Source: Thiohalobacter sp. | GTDB taxonomy: Bacteria; Pseudomonadota; Gammaproteobacteria; DSM-19610 | Direction of reading: 5' to 3' | Assembly (NCBI GenBank): GCA_026984515.1 | Contig: JALSRZ010000062.1 | Location: forward strand, 3,643-67,642 | DNA: 64,000 nt | Part shown: positions 28,427-39,470 of the stretch, piece after piece | Layout of the letters: every line of letters starts with the position of its first letter | How positions within the stretch are numbered: position 1 is the first letter of the stretch | Made by a program: the position numbers and the translations under genes | The notes under the pieces: generated by a model | Database searches by the model: none | What the model was told of the DNA's origin: nothing | Seen by the model: the letters and a program-made list of their open reading frames with translations, nothing else

Positions 28427-29704
28427 ATGCAAGTCTCAGTTGAAACAACCAGTGGATTGGAGCGCCGCATGACGGTGCAAATACCTGCGGACCAGCTTGA
28501 TGTGCAGGTGCAGAATAAACTCCAGCAGCTGGCGGGGTCGGTCAAGCTGGATGGTTTCAGGCCGGGTAAAGTGCCATTGAGTGTGGTCAAAAAACGCTAT
28601 GAGACCCAGGTGCGGGAGGAGGTTGCAGGCGAATTGATTGCTTCCACCTATGAGCAGGCCCTGCAGCAGGAAAACCTGAAGCCCGCCGGTGACCCGAATA
28701 TCGAACAGACCCGTAACCAGCCCGGAATGGAGCTGGAATATGTGGCGACCTTCGAGGTCTACCCGGATATAGAGGCGCCTCAACTGGCGGATATCACCAT
28801 CGAGCGCATGGTGGCCGAAGTGACCGAAGGTGACGTGGATAACATGATCGACAAGCTGCGCAGGCAGCGTGGTTCGTGGACCGCGGTCGATCGCAAGGCG
28901 GAATCCGGCGATCGTCTGGAAATCGATTTCACGGGTAGCGTGGACGGCAAGCCGTTTGCGGGCAACGAGGCCAAGAATGTTCCCCTGGAACTGGGCAGCA
29001 ACACGATGATTCCAGGGTTTGAAGAACAGCTTATCGGTGCCGGCAAGGGTGAGCAGCTGACCATAGAGGTGACGTTCCCGGATGATTATGCGTCCGAAGA
29101 AGTGGCTGGCAAGCCGGCAAAATTTGATGTGACCGTGCACAGCGTGTCGGCACCTGAACTACCCGAAGTCAACGAGGAGTTTGCGCGTGCTTTCGGTGTG
29201 ACGGAGGGCGGTGTGGAGCAGCTGCGCGTGGAAATTCGCAAGAATATGGAACGGGAGCTGGAAGCGGCGATCAAAACCGGTGTAAAGCAGCAGGTATTCG
29301 ATGCGCTGCTGGACCGGGCCAGCCTCGATGTTCCCGCGGCGCTGGTTGAAAACGAAATAGATGTACTGGTCAAGAAAGAAGATGGCGCTGCCGATGCACA
29401 GGCTGAAGATCGCGACCGCTACCGGGATGAAGCGCAGCGGCGCGTATCACTGGGGCTGCTGATATCGGAGATTATCCAGCAGAACCAGTTGCAGGTGGAT
29501 CCTGACCGGGTACGGGAAACCATCGAGAAGCTGGCGGAGTCGTACGAAAACCCGGAAGAAGTAGTACAGTGGTACTACAGCAACCAGGATATGCTGGCGG
29601 GTATCCAGACACTGATCATGGAAGATACCGTGGTCGAATGGGTGACCGGCCAGGCCAGTGTCAGCGAGAAACCGACCAGTTTCGAGGAAATCATCCAGGC
29701 CTGA
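28427..29704 (+). CDS. tig: Trigger factor
   Basis: [22 protein letters not shown] and FKBP domain. Confidence 0.97.
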   Translation: MQVSVETTSGLERRMTVQIPADQLDVQVQNKLQQLAGSVKLDGFRPGKVPLSVVKKRYETQVREEVAGELIASTYEQALQQENLKPAGDPNIEQTRNQPGMELEYVATFEVYPDIEAPQLADITIERMVAEVTEGDVDNMIDKLRRQRGSWTAVDRKAESGDRLEIDFTGSVDGKPFAGNEAKNVPLELGSNTMIPGFEEQLIGAGKGEQLTIEVTFPDDYASEEVAGKPAKFDVTVHSVSAPELPEVNEEFARAFGVTEGGVEQLRVEIRKNMERELEAAIKTGVKQQVFDALLDRASLDVPAALVENEIDVLVKKEDGAADAQAEDRDRYRDEAQRRVSLGLLISEIIQQNQLQVDPDRVRETIEKLAESYENPEEVVQWYYSNQDMLAGIQTLIMEDTVVEWVTGQASVSEKPTSFEEIIQA

Positions 29705-29727
29705 TACAGGCTTGTGACAGAAAAGGA

Positions 29728-30381
29728 ATGAACCAGATGTCAGACAGTAGTAGAGATGGAGCAGGAACGATACAGGCGCTGAACCTGGTTCCCATGGTCA
29801 TTGAACAGACGGCGCGCGGTGAGCGCTCTTACGATATTTACTCGCGTCTGCTCAAGGAGCGCGTGGTGTTCGTGGTCGGTCCGGTCGAGGATTACATGGC
29901 CAACGTCATTGTCGCCCAGTTGCTGTTCCTGGAGTCCGAGAACCCGGACAAGGATATCCACCTGTATATCAATTCGCCCGGCGGTTCCGTGACGGCGGGC
30001 CTGGCGATCTACGACACCATGCAGTTCATCAAGGCCGACGTCAGCACCATGTGCATCGGGCAGGCAGCCAGTATGGGCGCCGTGTTGCTGGCGGGGGGGG
30101 CGAAGGGCAAGCGCTTTTGCCTGCCGCACTCCCGCATGATGATCCACCAGCCGCTGGGCGGTTTCCAGGGCCAGGCGAGCGATATCGACATTCACGCACG
30201 CGAGATCCTGCTGGTGCGGGAACGCCTCAATACCATCCTGTCGAAACACACAGGGCAGCCGCTGGAGAAGATCCAGGCCGATACCGACCGGGATAATTTC
30301 CTGGGCGCCGGGGAGTCCCGGGACTACGGGCTGATCGACGAGATCCTGGTATCGCGGAAAGAAGACGCGGAAAAGGGTTAA
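29728..30381 (+). CDS. clpP: ClpP protease proteolytic subunit
   Basis: [20 protein letters not shown] and GQAASMG. Confidence 0.98.
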   Translation: MNQMSDSSRDGAGTIQALNLVPMVIEQTARGERSYDIYSRLLKERVVFVVGPVEDYMANVIVAQLLFLESENPDKDIHLYINSPGGSVTAGLAIYDTMQFIKADVSTMCIGQAASMGAVLLAGGAKGKRFCLPHSRMMIHQPLGGFQGQASDIDIHAREILLVRERLNTILSKHTGQPLEKIQADTDRDNFLGAGESRDYGLIDEILVSRKEDAEKG

Positions 30382-30534
30382 AAAAACCGTAGATTGCCAC
30401 CGGGAACACTTGCCAGCCCGCGCCCTACGGTGTTGAATAGGAAACGGTATTGCCGGTAACAGCATGAGTGTTCAGGTGATTACGGATCTGCCGCTGATAA
30501 GGGCAGGTGAGGTACCGCGAGTCGGGGACAGCAA

Positions 30535-31812
30535 ATGAGTAACGATCGAAACGGGAAAAGCGACGACGGGAAGCTGCTGTATTGCTCTTTCTGTGGCAAG
30601 AGCCAGCACGAGGTGCGCAAGCTGATAGCCGGCCCGTCGGTGTTTATCTGCGACGAGTGTGTCGAACTCTGTAACGACATCATCCGCGAGGAGATGCAGG
30701 AGAAGACATCCAGTGGCAGCAGCAAATTACCCAAGCCCCAGGAAGTCAATGAAGTACTGAACGAGTACGTCATCGGCCAGGCCAATGCCAAAAAGGTGCT
30801 GTCGGTTGCGGTCTACAACCACTACAAGCGCCTGGACGCCGGTGGCAAGAAGGATGAAGTGGAGCTGTCCAAGAGCAACATCCTGCTCATTGGCCCGACC
30901 GGTTGCGGCAAGACCCTGCTGGCGGAAACCCTGGCGCGCCTGTTGAACGTACCGTTCACCATTGCCGATGCGACCACGCTGACGGAAGCCGGTTACGTCG
31001 GCGAGGATGTGGAAAACATCATCCAGAAGCTGTTGCAGAAGTGTGACTATGACGTGGACAAGGCGCAGACCGGTATCGTCTATATCGACGAAATCGACAA
31101 GATTTCCCGCAAGTCGGACAACCCGTCCATAACGCGCGACGTATCCGGCGAGGGTGTGCAGCAGGCGTTGCTGAAACTCATCGAAGGCACGGTAGCGTCG
31201 GTTCCCCCGCAGGGCGGGCGCAAGCACCCGCAACAGGAATTCCTGCAGGTGGATACCTCCAACATCCTGTTCATTGTGGGCGGCGCGTTTGCGGGCCTGG
31301 AAAAGATCATCAAGGGTCGCTCCGAAAAGGGTGGCATCGGCTTTTCTGCGGAAGTAAAAGCCAAGGATGAAGAGGTCAATGTAGGTGAGGTCCTCTATGA
31401 CGTGGAGCCCGAGGACCTGATCAAGTTCGGGCTGATCCCGGAATTCGTCGGTCGCCTGCCGGTGGTTGCGACCCTGGAAGAGCTCGACGAGGACGCGTTG
31501 GTCAGTATTCTGACGGAACCCAAGAACGCCCTCACCAAGCAGTATGCGAAACTGTTCGAGATGGAAGGCACTGAAATCGAGTTCCGGGAAGAGGCGCTGC
31601 GGGCCATTGCCCGGAAAGCGATGGAACGCAAGACGGGAGCACGTGGTTTGCGCACTATCATGGAGCACGTGCTGCTGGATACCATGTACGAGATTCCTTC
31701 CCTGGAAAGCGTACAGAAAGTGGTGGTGGATGAGCGCGCTATTGCCGGTGAATCAGAGCCCTACCTGGTGTATGACTCTGACCAGGACCAGCGCGCGGCC
31801 GTATCGGATTAG
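30535..31812 (+). CDS. clpX: ClpX ATPase
   Basis: CSFCGKSQ zinc finger, GPTGCGKT and IGF loop. Confidence 0.98.
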   Translation: MSNDRNGKSDDGKLLYCSFCGKSQHEVRKLIAGPSVFICDECVELCNDIIREEMQEKTSSGSSKLPKPQEVNEVLNEYVIGQANAKKVLSVAVYNHYKRLDAGGKKDEVELSKSNILLIGPTGCGKTLLAETLARLLNVPFTIADATTLTEAGYVGEDVENIIQKLLQKCDYDVDKAQTGIVYIDEIDKISRKSDNPSITRDVSGEGVQQALLKLIEGTVASVPPQGGRKHPQQEFLQVDTSNILFIVGGAFAGLEKIIKGRSEKGGIGFSAEVKAKDEEVNVGEVLYDVEPEDLIKFGLIPEFVGRLPVVATLEELDEDALVSILTEPKNALTKQYAKLFEMEGTEIEFREEALRAIARKAMERKTGARGLRTIMEHVLLDTMYEIPSLESVQKVVVDERAIAGESEPYLVYDSDQDQRAAVSD

Positions 31813-31980
31813 CCCCGTCTGTACTACTGATGCCCGCCCACCCGGGCGGGCGGACAGCCATTTGTCTATTCGCAATTAGACTATACTTCAGTTTCAGTCC
31901 CTGTTTTCCATGTACCCGTTGATACCGGGTAGCAAGTGGCTCGCTTCTTGCAGAATTCCAGGTGGGGATAAAAACCGTCA

Positions 31981-32008
31981 TTGAAATGTCTTATGGTTGT
32001 CCCCATAT
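31981..32008 (+). promoter_or_regulatory. sigma32 (RpoH) heat-shock promoter of lon
   Basis: TTGAAA-N14-CCCCATAT. Confidence 0.85.
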
Positions 32009-32065
32009 AACGCCGGAGAGTGCCAGGTGCTCTCCAGACCGGAACCGGACACGAGGAACTCCCTG

Positions 32066-34504
32066 ATGGAGCAGAACGAAAACACCCCTGAAAAAACGAT
32101 CGGCTCAACGGCTGTTGTCCCGGTTTTACCGCTGCGCGACGTAGTCGTTTACCCCCACATGGTCATCCCCCTGTTCGTGGGGCGGGAGAAATCGATCCGG
32201 GCGCTGGAAGCCGCGATGGATGACGACAAGCGGATACTGCTGGTCGCCCAGAAGAGCGCGGAAGTCGATGACCCGCAGGTCGAGGATATTCATGAAATCG
32301 GTACCCTGTCGACCATCCTGCAGTTGCTCAAACTGCCGGACGGTACGGTCAAGGTGCTGGTGGAAGGTGCGGAACGCGCTGCGGTCGTGAAGTTCGAGAC
32401 CACTGACGAGTTTTTCTCGGCGCGGATCGAGCACAAGGGCAGCGGTGATCACTCCGGTGAGCGCGAGGTCGAGGTATTGATGCGTTCCCTGCTGACGCTG
32501 TTCGACCAGTACGTGAAACTGAATCGCAAGGTCCCGCCGGAGATCCTGACTTCACTGTCGGGTATCGATGAGCCGGGCCGCCTGGCCGATACCATTGCCG
32601 CGCACATGGTGCTCAAGCTGGACGAGAAACAGCGCATCCTGGAAATCGAGAACATCCCTGCACGCCTGGAACACCTGATGGGTATCATCGAGGGCGAGAT
32701 TGACGTGTTGCAGATCGAGAAGCGTATCCGCGGCCGCGTCAAGCAGCAGATGGAGAAGAGCCAGCGCGAGTATTACCTCAACGAACAGATGAAGGCGATC
32801 CAGAAAGAGCTGGGCGAGATGGACGATGTGCCCAACGAGACGGATGAGCTGCAGGAGAAAATTGACAAGGCGGGCATGAGCAAGGAGGCCAAAACCAAGG
32901 CCAATGCGGAACTGAACAAGCTCAAGATGATGTCGCCGATGTCCGCCGAGGCAACGGTGGTGCGTAATTACATCGACTGGCTGGTCAATGCGCCCTGGAA
33001 AAAGCGTACCAAGATCCGTCATGACCTGAGTCGTGCGGAGACGGTGCTGGATGAAGACCACTACGGCCTGGACAAGGTCAAGGAACGCATCCTGGAATAC
33101 CTCGCCGTGCAGCAGCGCGTGCGCAAGCTGAAAGGGCCGATTCTGTGCCTGGTCGGGCCTCCGGGTGTCGGCAAGACCTCCCTGGGGCGCTCTATTGCGC
33201 GAGCCACCAACCGCAAGTTTACCCGCATGTCGCTGGGCGGCGTGCGTGACGAGGCAGAGATCCGCGGTCACCGGCGTACCTACATCGGTTCACTGCCGGG
33301 CAAGATCATCCAGAACCTTTCCAAGGTGGGTGTAAGAAACCCGCTGTTCCTGCTGGATGAAATCGACAAGATGTCCATGGATTTCCGCGGCGACCCTTCA
33401 TCGGCCCTGCTGGAAGTGCTGGACCCGGAACAGAACAGCACCTTCGGTGACCACTACCTGGAAGTGGAGTTCGATCTTTCCGACGTCATGTTTGTCGCCA
33501 CCTCGAACTCGCTGAATATTCCCGGACCCTTGCTGGACCGGATGGAAGTGATTCGTATCCCCGGTTATACCGAGGACGAGAAGGTGAACATTGCAACGCG
33601 TTACCTGCTGCAGAAGCAGATCAGGAACAACGGTCTCAAGGAAGGTGAACTGTCCATTACCGACGAATCGATTCGTGACATCGTTCGCTACTATACCCGA
33701 GAGGCCGGGGTCAGAAACCTGGAGCGTGAGATCGCCAAGATCTGCCGCAAGGTAGTCAAGGAACTGCTGCTCGACAAGGACAGCGAGAGCATCACTGTAT
33801 TACCGGATACGCTGGAGAAGTACCTGGGAGTGAAACGCTTCCGTTACGGTCGCGCAGAAGAGCACGACCAGATCGGCCAGGTCACCGGCCTGGCCTGGAC
33901 CGAGGTGGGTGGCGAGTTGCTCAGCATCGAGTCCACCATTGTTCCCGGCAAGGGTCGCCTGATACATACCGGGCAACTGGGCGAAGTGATGCAGGAGTCC
34001 ATACAGGCCGCCACCACAGTGGTGCGCAGTCGTGCAGAGGCGCTGGGCATCGAAGAGGATTTCTACCAGAAATACGATATCCACGTGCACGTGCCGGAAG
34101 GCGCGACGCCCAAGGATGGTCCCAGTGCCGGCGTTGGCATGTGCACGACGCTGGTGTCGGCCCTGACCCGCATCCCGGTCCGCGCGGATGTGGCCATGAC
34201 CGGTGAAATCACGCTGCGTGGCGAGGTGTTGCCCATTGGTGGTTTGAAGGAAAAACTGCTGGCCGCGCACCGGGGCGGCATTACCACCGTGCTGATTCCG
34301 GAAGAGAACCGCAAGGATCTCGCGGAAATCCCGGAGAATGTCAAAGACAAACTCGACATACGGCCGGTGAAATGGATCGATGAAGTGCTGGAAGTGGCGC
34401 TGCAGCATCCGCCTGTACCCCTGTCCGATGATGCCAAAACGGAAGTAAAAGCAAAGGGAAAGGGCAAGTCTGCCGGCAAGACCAAGAGCGTTAGAACGCA
34501 TTAA
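32066..34504 (+). CDS. lon: Lon protease
   Basis: [19 protein letters not shown] and PKDGPSAG. Confidence 0.98.
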   Translation: MEQNENTPEKTIGSTAVVPVLPLRDVVVYPHMVIPLFVGREKSIRALEAAMDDDKRILLVAQKSAEVDDPQVEDIHEIGTLSTILQLLKLPDGTVKVLVEGAERAAVVKFETTDEFFSARIEHKGSGDHSGEREVEVLMRSLLTLFDQYVKLNRKVPPEILTSLSGIDEPGRLADTIAAHMVLKLDEKQRILEIENIPARLEHLMGIIEGEIDVLQIEKRIRGRVKQQMEKSQREYYLNEQMKAIQKELGEMDDVPNETDELQEKIDKAGMSKEAKTKANAELNKLKMMSPMSAEATVVRNYIDWLVNAPWKKRTKIRHDLSRAETVLDEDHYGLDKVKERILEYLAVQQRVRKLKGPILCLVGPPGVGKTSLGRSIARATNRKFTRMSLGGVRDEAEIRGHRRTYIGSLPGKIIQNLSKVGVRNPLFLLDEIDKMSMDFRGDPSSALLEVLDPEQNSTFGDHYLEVEFDLSDVMFVATSNSLNIPGPLLDRMEVIRIPGYTEDEKVNIATRYLLQKQIRNNGLKEGELSITDESIRDIVRYYTREAGVRNLEREIAKICRKVVKELLLDKDSESITVLPDTLEKYLGVKRFRYGRAEEHDQIGQVTGLAWTEVGGELLSIESTIVPGKGRLIHTGQLGEVMQESIQAATTVVRSRAEALGIEEDFYQKYDIHVHVPEGATPKDGPSAGVGMCTTLVSALTRIPVRADVAMTGEITLRGEVLPIGGLKEKLLAAHRGGITTVLIPEENRKDLAEIPENVKDKLDIRPVKWIDEVLEVALQHPPVPLSDDAKTEVKAKGKGKSAGKTKSVRTH

Positions 34505-34522
34505 GCCCGGGTTGCCGGGTTC

Positions 34523-34577
34523 GCCCCCGCAGGCGCGTAATCAGTACGTTTTACGCCGCTGCGGGGGCATTTTATTT
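34523..34577 (+). terminator. Hairpin/terminator after lon
   Basis: GCCCCCGCAG...CTGCGGGGGC followed by ATTTTATTT. Confidence 0.6.
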
Positions 34578-34605
34578 GACGTATCCCGAGCCTGCTTGGT
34601 ATAAA
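34576..34605 (+). promoter_or_regulatory. sigma70 promoter of hupB
   Basis: TTGACG-N18-TATAAA with TG extension. Confidence 0.65.
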
Positions 34606-34736
34606 GCCGGGCACAGGTATGGGGGCTCCGGGCTATCCGCCTACTATTTCCGGGATCTGGTTATTTTTTCACCAGCGCCTGTACATTTTTTTATTCCACA
34701 CAGTTATTACATCCAATAATCGAGGGTCGCACTCCT

Positions 34737-35009
34737 ATGAATAAAGCTGAGTTAATTGATGCAGTCGCAAGTTCCACGGATCTTTCCAAAGCCGATGCGA
34801 CCCGGGCCGTTGATGCCGTGATCGACAACATCACCGATACACTGCGCGGTGGTGATTCGGTGACCCTGGTCGGTTTCGGTACCTTTGAAGTGCGTTCGCG
34901 CGCTGCGCGCACCGGTCGTAACCCGCAGACCGGTGAAACCATCCAGATCAAGGCCTCCAGGGCCCCCGCCTTTAAGGCTGGCAAAGCCTTTAAGGATGCC
35001 GTAAACTAG
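34737..35009 (+). CDS. hupB: DNA-binding protein HU
   Basis: [23 protein letters not shown]; lon-hupB synteny. Confidence 0.96.
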   Translation: MNKAELIDAVASSTDLSKADATRAVDAVIDNITDTLRGGDSVTLVGFGTFEVRSRAARTGRNPQTGETIQIKASRAPAFKAGKAFKDAVN

Positions 35010-35021
35010 CGCGCTTCCCTG

Positions 35022-35097
35022 GGGTGCTTAGCTCAGCTGGGAGAGCGTCGCCCTTACAAGGCGAATGTCGGGGGTTCGATCCCCTCAGCACCCACCA
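35022..35097 (+). tRNA. tRNA-Val(TAC)
   Basis: Anticodon loop CTTACAA, CCA end. Confidence 0.97.
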
Positions 35098-35104
35098 AGG
35101 TTTT

Positions 35105-35181
35105 GGAGTGGTAGTTCAGCTGGTTAGAATACCGGCCTGTCACGCCGGGGGTCGCGGGTTCGAGTCCCGTCCACTCCGCCA
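35105..35181 (+). tRNA. tRNA-Asp(GTC)
   Basis: Anticodon loop CTGTCAC, CCA end. Confidence 0.97.
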
Positions 35182-35189
35182 CCTTACCG

Positions 35190-35222
35190 AACGGGCGTCC
35201 AGCAGGGCGCCCGTTTTTTATT
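35190..35222 (+). terminator. Terminator after tRNA-Asp
   Basis: AACGGGCGTCC-AGCA-GGGCGCCCGTT-TTTT. Confidence 0.8.
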
Positions 35223-35295
35223 GGTGCACGGTACAATCAGGTCCGGCAGACCGGGTCTGCAGATAACACGAAGTACGCAACAGGAACAAAACATC

Positions 35296-37206
35296 ATGTT
35301 ACAAGCAATGCGCGACAAGGTTATGGGGGGCCTGGGGTGGTTCATCATCGGCCTGATCATTATCACCTTTGCCCTGTTTGGTCTGGGTTCCTACCTGCAG
35401 GACAAGTCCGGCAGCTATGCCGCGAGCGTGAATGACGTAAAAATAAGCGACCGGGAACTGCAGCGGGCCTACCAGCAACAGCGCGCACAAATGGAAAAAA
35501 TGATGGGTGATGCCTTCAATCCGGCATTGATCGATGAAGAACTGCTAAAGAAGCGCGCCCTGAAATCACTGGTTGAAAAGCAGTTGCTGTTGCAGGCGGC
35601 GGATGAAGCGCACATCCAGATCAGCGACCAGTTGCTGGCCGCCAGGATACACGCCATCCCGGAACTCCAGGTGGACGGGAAGTTTTCCGAGCAGCGCTAC
35701 AAGGATGTCCTGTTCCGGCAGGGAAGAAGGCCCGCCGGTTTTGAAATGGCACTCCGGCAGGATATGCGGGTGGAACAGCTGGTAGCCGGTTTTACCGGGA
35801 CCGTATTTGTGACCCGGGCGGAAGTGGACCGTTCCTATCGTTTGCAGAAGCAGCAGCGTGATTTCAGTTACCTGCTGATTGCATCGGAACCCCTGCAGAA
35901 AAACGTCACGGTCACTGATGAGCAGGTCGAGACCTATTACAACGAGCACAAGAATGAGTTTGTGACCCCGGAGCGCGTGCGCCTGGCCTACCTGCGCCTG
36001 AATGACGAGGGGCTGGGCAAGGGCATGGAAATCCCTGAAGACGAGTTGCAGGCTTACTACGAAGAGCGGAAACAGGCGCTCCTTACCAGGGAACAGCGGC
36101 GTGCCAGCCATATACTGATCCAGGTGGCTGCCGACGCCGACGAAAAGACGCTGAACGAGGCAAAAGCGAAGGCCGAAGACGTGCTCAGGCAGATTCGCGC
36201 CGGCGGTGACTTTGCGCAACTCGCCAAAAAATATTCGGACGACCCGGGTTCAGCCGCGCAGGGCGGAGACCTGGGGTTTTTTGCCCGTGGTGTGATGGCG
36301 CCGGAGTTTGATGAAACCGTTTTCAGTCAGAAGGTCGGTGACGTTTCCGAGCCGGTAAAGACACAGTTCGGCTTTCACATCATAAAACTCGATGAGATCC
36401 GCGGCAGCGAGATTCCGAAACTGGAAGATGTGCGTGCGGACCTGGTCAGGGAACTGAAACAACGCAAGATAGACGAACTGTACTACGAACAGCTGGAGTT
36501 GCTGACCGATGTCAGCTATGAAAACCCGGACTCCCTGGATGCCGCTGCCGAGGCGCTGGGTATGGAAGTGCAGACGACAGACTGGCTGACGGCGGACGGT
36601 GGTCCCGGTATCGGTGAGTACCCGAAAGTACTGGCTGCCGCATTCAGCGATGATGTGCTGGAAGGGGGGAACAACAGTGAGCCGATCGAGGTCGGTGGGA
36701 ATGACGCGATCGTGTTGCGCGTTGAGGAGCACGAGGCAGCGCACCCGGAGGCACTGGCGGCCGTAAAGGACCGGATTATTGCTATCCTGACGCAGACCCG
36801 GGCCGCGGACCAGGCCGAGGCCGAGGGCACCGCCCTGTTGCAGAAGCTGGAGCAGGGTAGCGGGCTGGAGGAACTGGACAAGCAGGATTATATGACTTTT
36901 CACAAGGCGGAGGGAGCGGGTCGTTCCGCGCCGGGTCATAACACCGAGGTGGTGCGTGAAGTATTCAGGATGCCGCGGCTTGCAGAGGGCAAACCCCTGG
37001 ACAGGGGGTTCCGGCTGAGCAACGGGGACTATGCGGTTGTGCGCCTGACCGGTGTGCATGAGCCGGATCCTGCCGCCATGTCCGAACAGGACCGCAGTGG
37101 TCTCGAACGCGCCTTTGAAAACATGCGGCGCTCACTGGCCCAGTTGGCACTGATCCGGGGCCTGCGCGCGCGTGCCGTCATTGATATCCCCGACCAGAAA
37201 CCATAG
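35296..37206 (+). CDS. ppiD: PpiD periplasmic chaperone (SurA-N + parvulin)
   Basis: N-terminal TM, RRASHILI, FAQLAKKYSDDPGSAAQGGDLGFF; hupB-ppiD synteny. Confidence 0.95.
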   Translation: MLQAMRDKVMGGLGWFIIGLIIITFALFGLGSYLQDKSGSYAASVNDVKISDRELQRAYQQQRAQMEKMMGDAFNPALIDEELLKKRALKSLVEKQLLLQAADEAHIQISDQLLAARIHAIPELQVDGKFSEQRYKDVLFRQGRRPAGFEMALRQDMRVEQLVAGFTGTVFVTRAEVDRSYRLQKQQRDFSYLLIASEPLQKNVTVTDEQVETYYNEHKNEFVTPERVRLAYLRLNDEGLGKGMEIPEDELQAYYEERKQALLTREQRRASHILIQVAADADEKTLNEAKAKAEDVLRQIRAGGDFAQLAKKYSDDPGSAAQGGDLGFFARGVMAPEFDETVFSQKVGDVSEPVKTQFGFHIIKLDEIRGSEIPKLEDVRADLVRELKQRKIDELYYEQLELLTDVSYENPDSLDAAAEALGMEVQTTDWLTADGGPGIGEYPKVLAAAFSDDVLEGGNNSEPIEVGGNDAIVLRVEEHEAAHPEALAAVKDRIIAILTQTRAADQAEAEGTALLQKLEQGSGLEELDKQDYMTFHKAEGAGRSAPGHNTEVVREVFRMPRLAEGKPLDRGFRLSNGDYAVVRLTGVHEPDPAAMSEQDRSGLERAFENMRRSLAQLALIRGLRARAVIDIPDQKP

Positions 37207-37224
37207 AGGCTTGCCGGCGCATGG

Positions 37225-38541
37225 ATGAAACGAACCTGGCAAGCGCTTCGCCCCGTGCGCATTAAACTCCACTGGCAGATCCTGATCGCGCTGGTACTGG
37301 CGGTCTTCGCGGGGCACCTGACCGGGACAGAGGGTACGCTGCTGGGTGTAGTGGCCTACCCGGTTTATGCGTTCATCGGTACCCTGTTCCTGAATGCGCT
37401 GAAGATGATCATCGTGCCGCTGATCATGTCCTCGATGATCACCGGTGTGGCCAGTGTCGGTGGTACGCACGGACTGGGCCGGCTGGGCGCCAAGACGCTG
37501 CTGTTCTATATCACCACCAGCCTGCTGGCGATCGTGACCGGTCTGTTGTTTGTAAACCTGTTGAACCCGGGCATTATCCAGGGCCAGCCCGCGGGGCAGG
37601 TGATGGGCCTCAGCCTGGAAGCGGCCAACCAGGTTGCCGACAAGGTCCAGGGCAAATCGGTGGCTGACCTGACCGGCGTTTTCCTGAGTATGGTGCCGCC
37701 CAATATCGTCGCCGCTGCCGCTGAAGGACAGATGCTGGGTCTGATTTTTTTCAGCCTGCTGTTCGGGTATTTCATGACCCGCATCGACAAGGACAAATGT
37801 GCCGTGCTGGAGCAGTTCTGGCAGGGGGTCGCCGATGTCATGATGGCTATCACCAATTTCATCATGAAATTCGCGCCGCTGGGTGTTTTCGGCCTGGTGG
37901 CCAAAACCGTGGCCGGTATCAGTCCCGAGCAACTCGATGAGCTGGCGGTGTCGCTGGGTACCTTTACCCTGAGCGTCCTGCTGGCGCTGGCGGTGCATGT
38001 GCTGGTCACTTTGCCGCTGATGCTGGCTTTCATCGCCAGGGTAAACCCGTGGCGCCACTACCGGGCCATGATGCCGGCGTTGCTGACTGCCTTTTCGACG
38101 GCGTCCTCTTCAGCGACGCTGCCGCTGACCATGGAGTGTGTGCAGGACAATGCGAAGGTATCCAGCCGCACGTCCAGTTTCGTGTTGCCGCTGGGTGCGA
38201 CGGTCAACATGGATGGCACGGCACTGTATGAATGCGTGGCGGCGATGTTTATCGCCCAGGCCTATGGCCTCGAGCTGAGTCTCGTGACCCAGTTCACGGT
38301 GGTGCTGGTTGCGCTGTTGACGTCCATCGGTGTTGCCGGGATCCCTGCCGCGAGCCTGGTGGCGATCACCATTATTCTCACCACCATCGGACTGCCCGTG
38401 GAAGCGATTGGCCTGATACTGGCAGTAGACCGGATCCTGGACATGTTCCGGACCTCGGTAAATGTGTTCAGCGATTCCTGCGGTGCTGTACTCATCGCCA
38501 AAAGCGAAGGCGAGCAGGGAATCCTCAAGCACCCCCTGTAG
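37225..38541 (+). CDS. Dicarboxylate/amino acid:cation symporter (DAACS, GltP-like)
   Basis: AFSTASSSATLP, LPLGATVNMDGTALY and DRILDMFRTSVNV. Confidence 0.93.
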   Translation: MKRTWQALRPVRIKLHWQILIALVLAVFAGHLTGTEGTLLGVVAYPVYAFIGTLFLNALKMIIVPLIMSSMITGVASVGGTHGLGRLGAKTLLFYITTSLLAIVTGLLFVNLLNPGIIQGQPAGQVMGLSLEAANQVADKVQGKSVADLTGVFLSMVPPNIVAAAAEGQMLGLIFFSLLFGYFMTRIDKDKCAVLEQFWQGVADVMMAITNFIMKFAPLGVFGLVAKTVAGISPEQLDELAVSLGTFTLSVLLALAVHVLVTLPLMLAFIARVNPWRHYRAMMPALLTAFSTASSSATLPLTMECVQDNAKVSSRTSSFVLPLGATVNMDGTALYECVAAMFIAQAYGLELSLVTQFTVVLVALLTSIGVAGIPAASLVAITIILTTIGLPVEAIGLILAVDRILDMFRTSVNVFSDSCGAVLIAKSEGEQGILKHPL

Positions 38542-38563
38542 GAGCGCCGGCCTTCGGCGCGAA
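38538..38563 (+). repeat. GTAG-type REP element
   Basis: GTAGGAGCGCCGGCCTTCGGCGCGAA; 25/26 identical to the reverse complement of 56355-56380. Confidence 0.75.
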
Positions 38564-38573
38564 GGATTCGGTA

Positions 38574-39359
38574 TTATCCCAGCGGGGGCATGCCCGTGGT
38601 GTTATAGCCCGCGTCCACGTAGGTCACTTCCCCGGTGATACCCGATGCCAGGTCTGAACACAGGAAGGCGGCTGCGTTCCCCACCTCCTCGATGGTGACA
38701 TTGCGACGCAGCGGTGCAGTTTCTTCCATCAGGGTCAGCATTTTTCGAAAGTTGGTGATGCCGGCCGCTGCCAGGGTCTTGATCGGTCCGGCCGAGATGG
38801 CGTTGACGCGAATACCGTCCGGTCCCAGGCTCTGTGCCATGTAGCGCACGTTGGCTTCCAGGCTGGCCTTGGCCAGTCCCATGACATTGTAGTTGGGCAT
38901 AGCTTTTTCGGCGCCGTAATAACTCAGTGTCAGCAGCGAGCCATCACGCCCTTCCATCATGCGGCAACCGGACTTGGCCAGCGCCGAAAAACTGTAGGAG
39001 CTGATTTCGTGGGCCACGCGGAAGCCTTCACGGCTGACGGACTCCAGGTAGTCGCCTTCCAGCTCGGCGCGCGGTGCGAATGCCACCGAATGGACGATAA
39101 TGTCCAGGCCGTCCCAGTAGTTGTCGAGGTGGTCGAAAACGGCATCGATTTCTTCGTCGCTGGAGACATCACAGGGCACGGTGATTTCGGTACCGCATTC
39201 CCCGGCCATTTTCCCCACCCGGTCGCGCAGTTTCTCGTTCTGGTAGGTGAAGGCGAGCTCGGCGCCTTCGCGCTGCATGGCCCTGGCGATTCCCCAGGCG
39301 ATGGAGCGGTTGCTGGCGAGTCCGACAATAAGGGCGCGTTTGCCGCTTAACAATCCCAT
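38574..39359 (-). CDS. fabI: Enoyl-ACP reductase
   Basis: [25 protein letters not shown] and [13 protein letters not shown]. Confidence 0.97.
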   Translation of the reverse strand: MGLLSGKRALIVGLASNRSIAWGIARAMQREGAELAFTYQNEKLRDRVGKMAGECGTEITVPCDVSSDEEIDAVFDHLDNYWDGLDIIVHSVAFAPRAELEGDYLESVSREGFRVAHEISSYSFSALAKSGCRMMEGRDGSLLTLSYYGAEKAMPNYNVMGLAKASLEANVRYMAQSLGPDGIRVNAISAGPIKTLAAAGITNFRKMLTLMEETAPLRRNVTIEEVGNAAAFLCSDLASGITGEVTYVDAGYNTTGMPPLG

Positions 39360-39470
39360 AGCTGCATCCAACCTCTGAAATTGGTGATTTAGTGGCGGTA
39401 AGGTACCGGAAAAACGGCCGTACGGGAAGGGCCTGTGAAACTGCCGGGGCGGGCTCTATAATGCAGCCTC

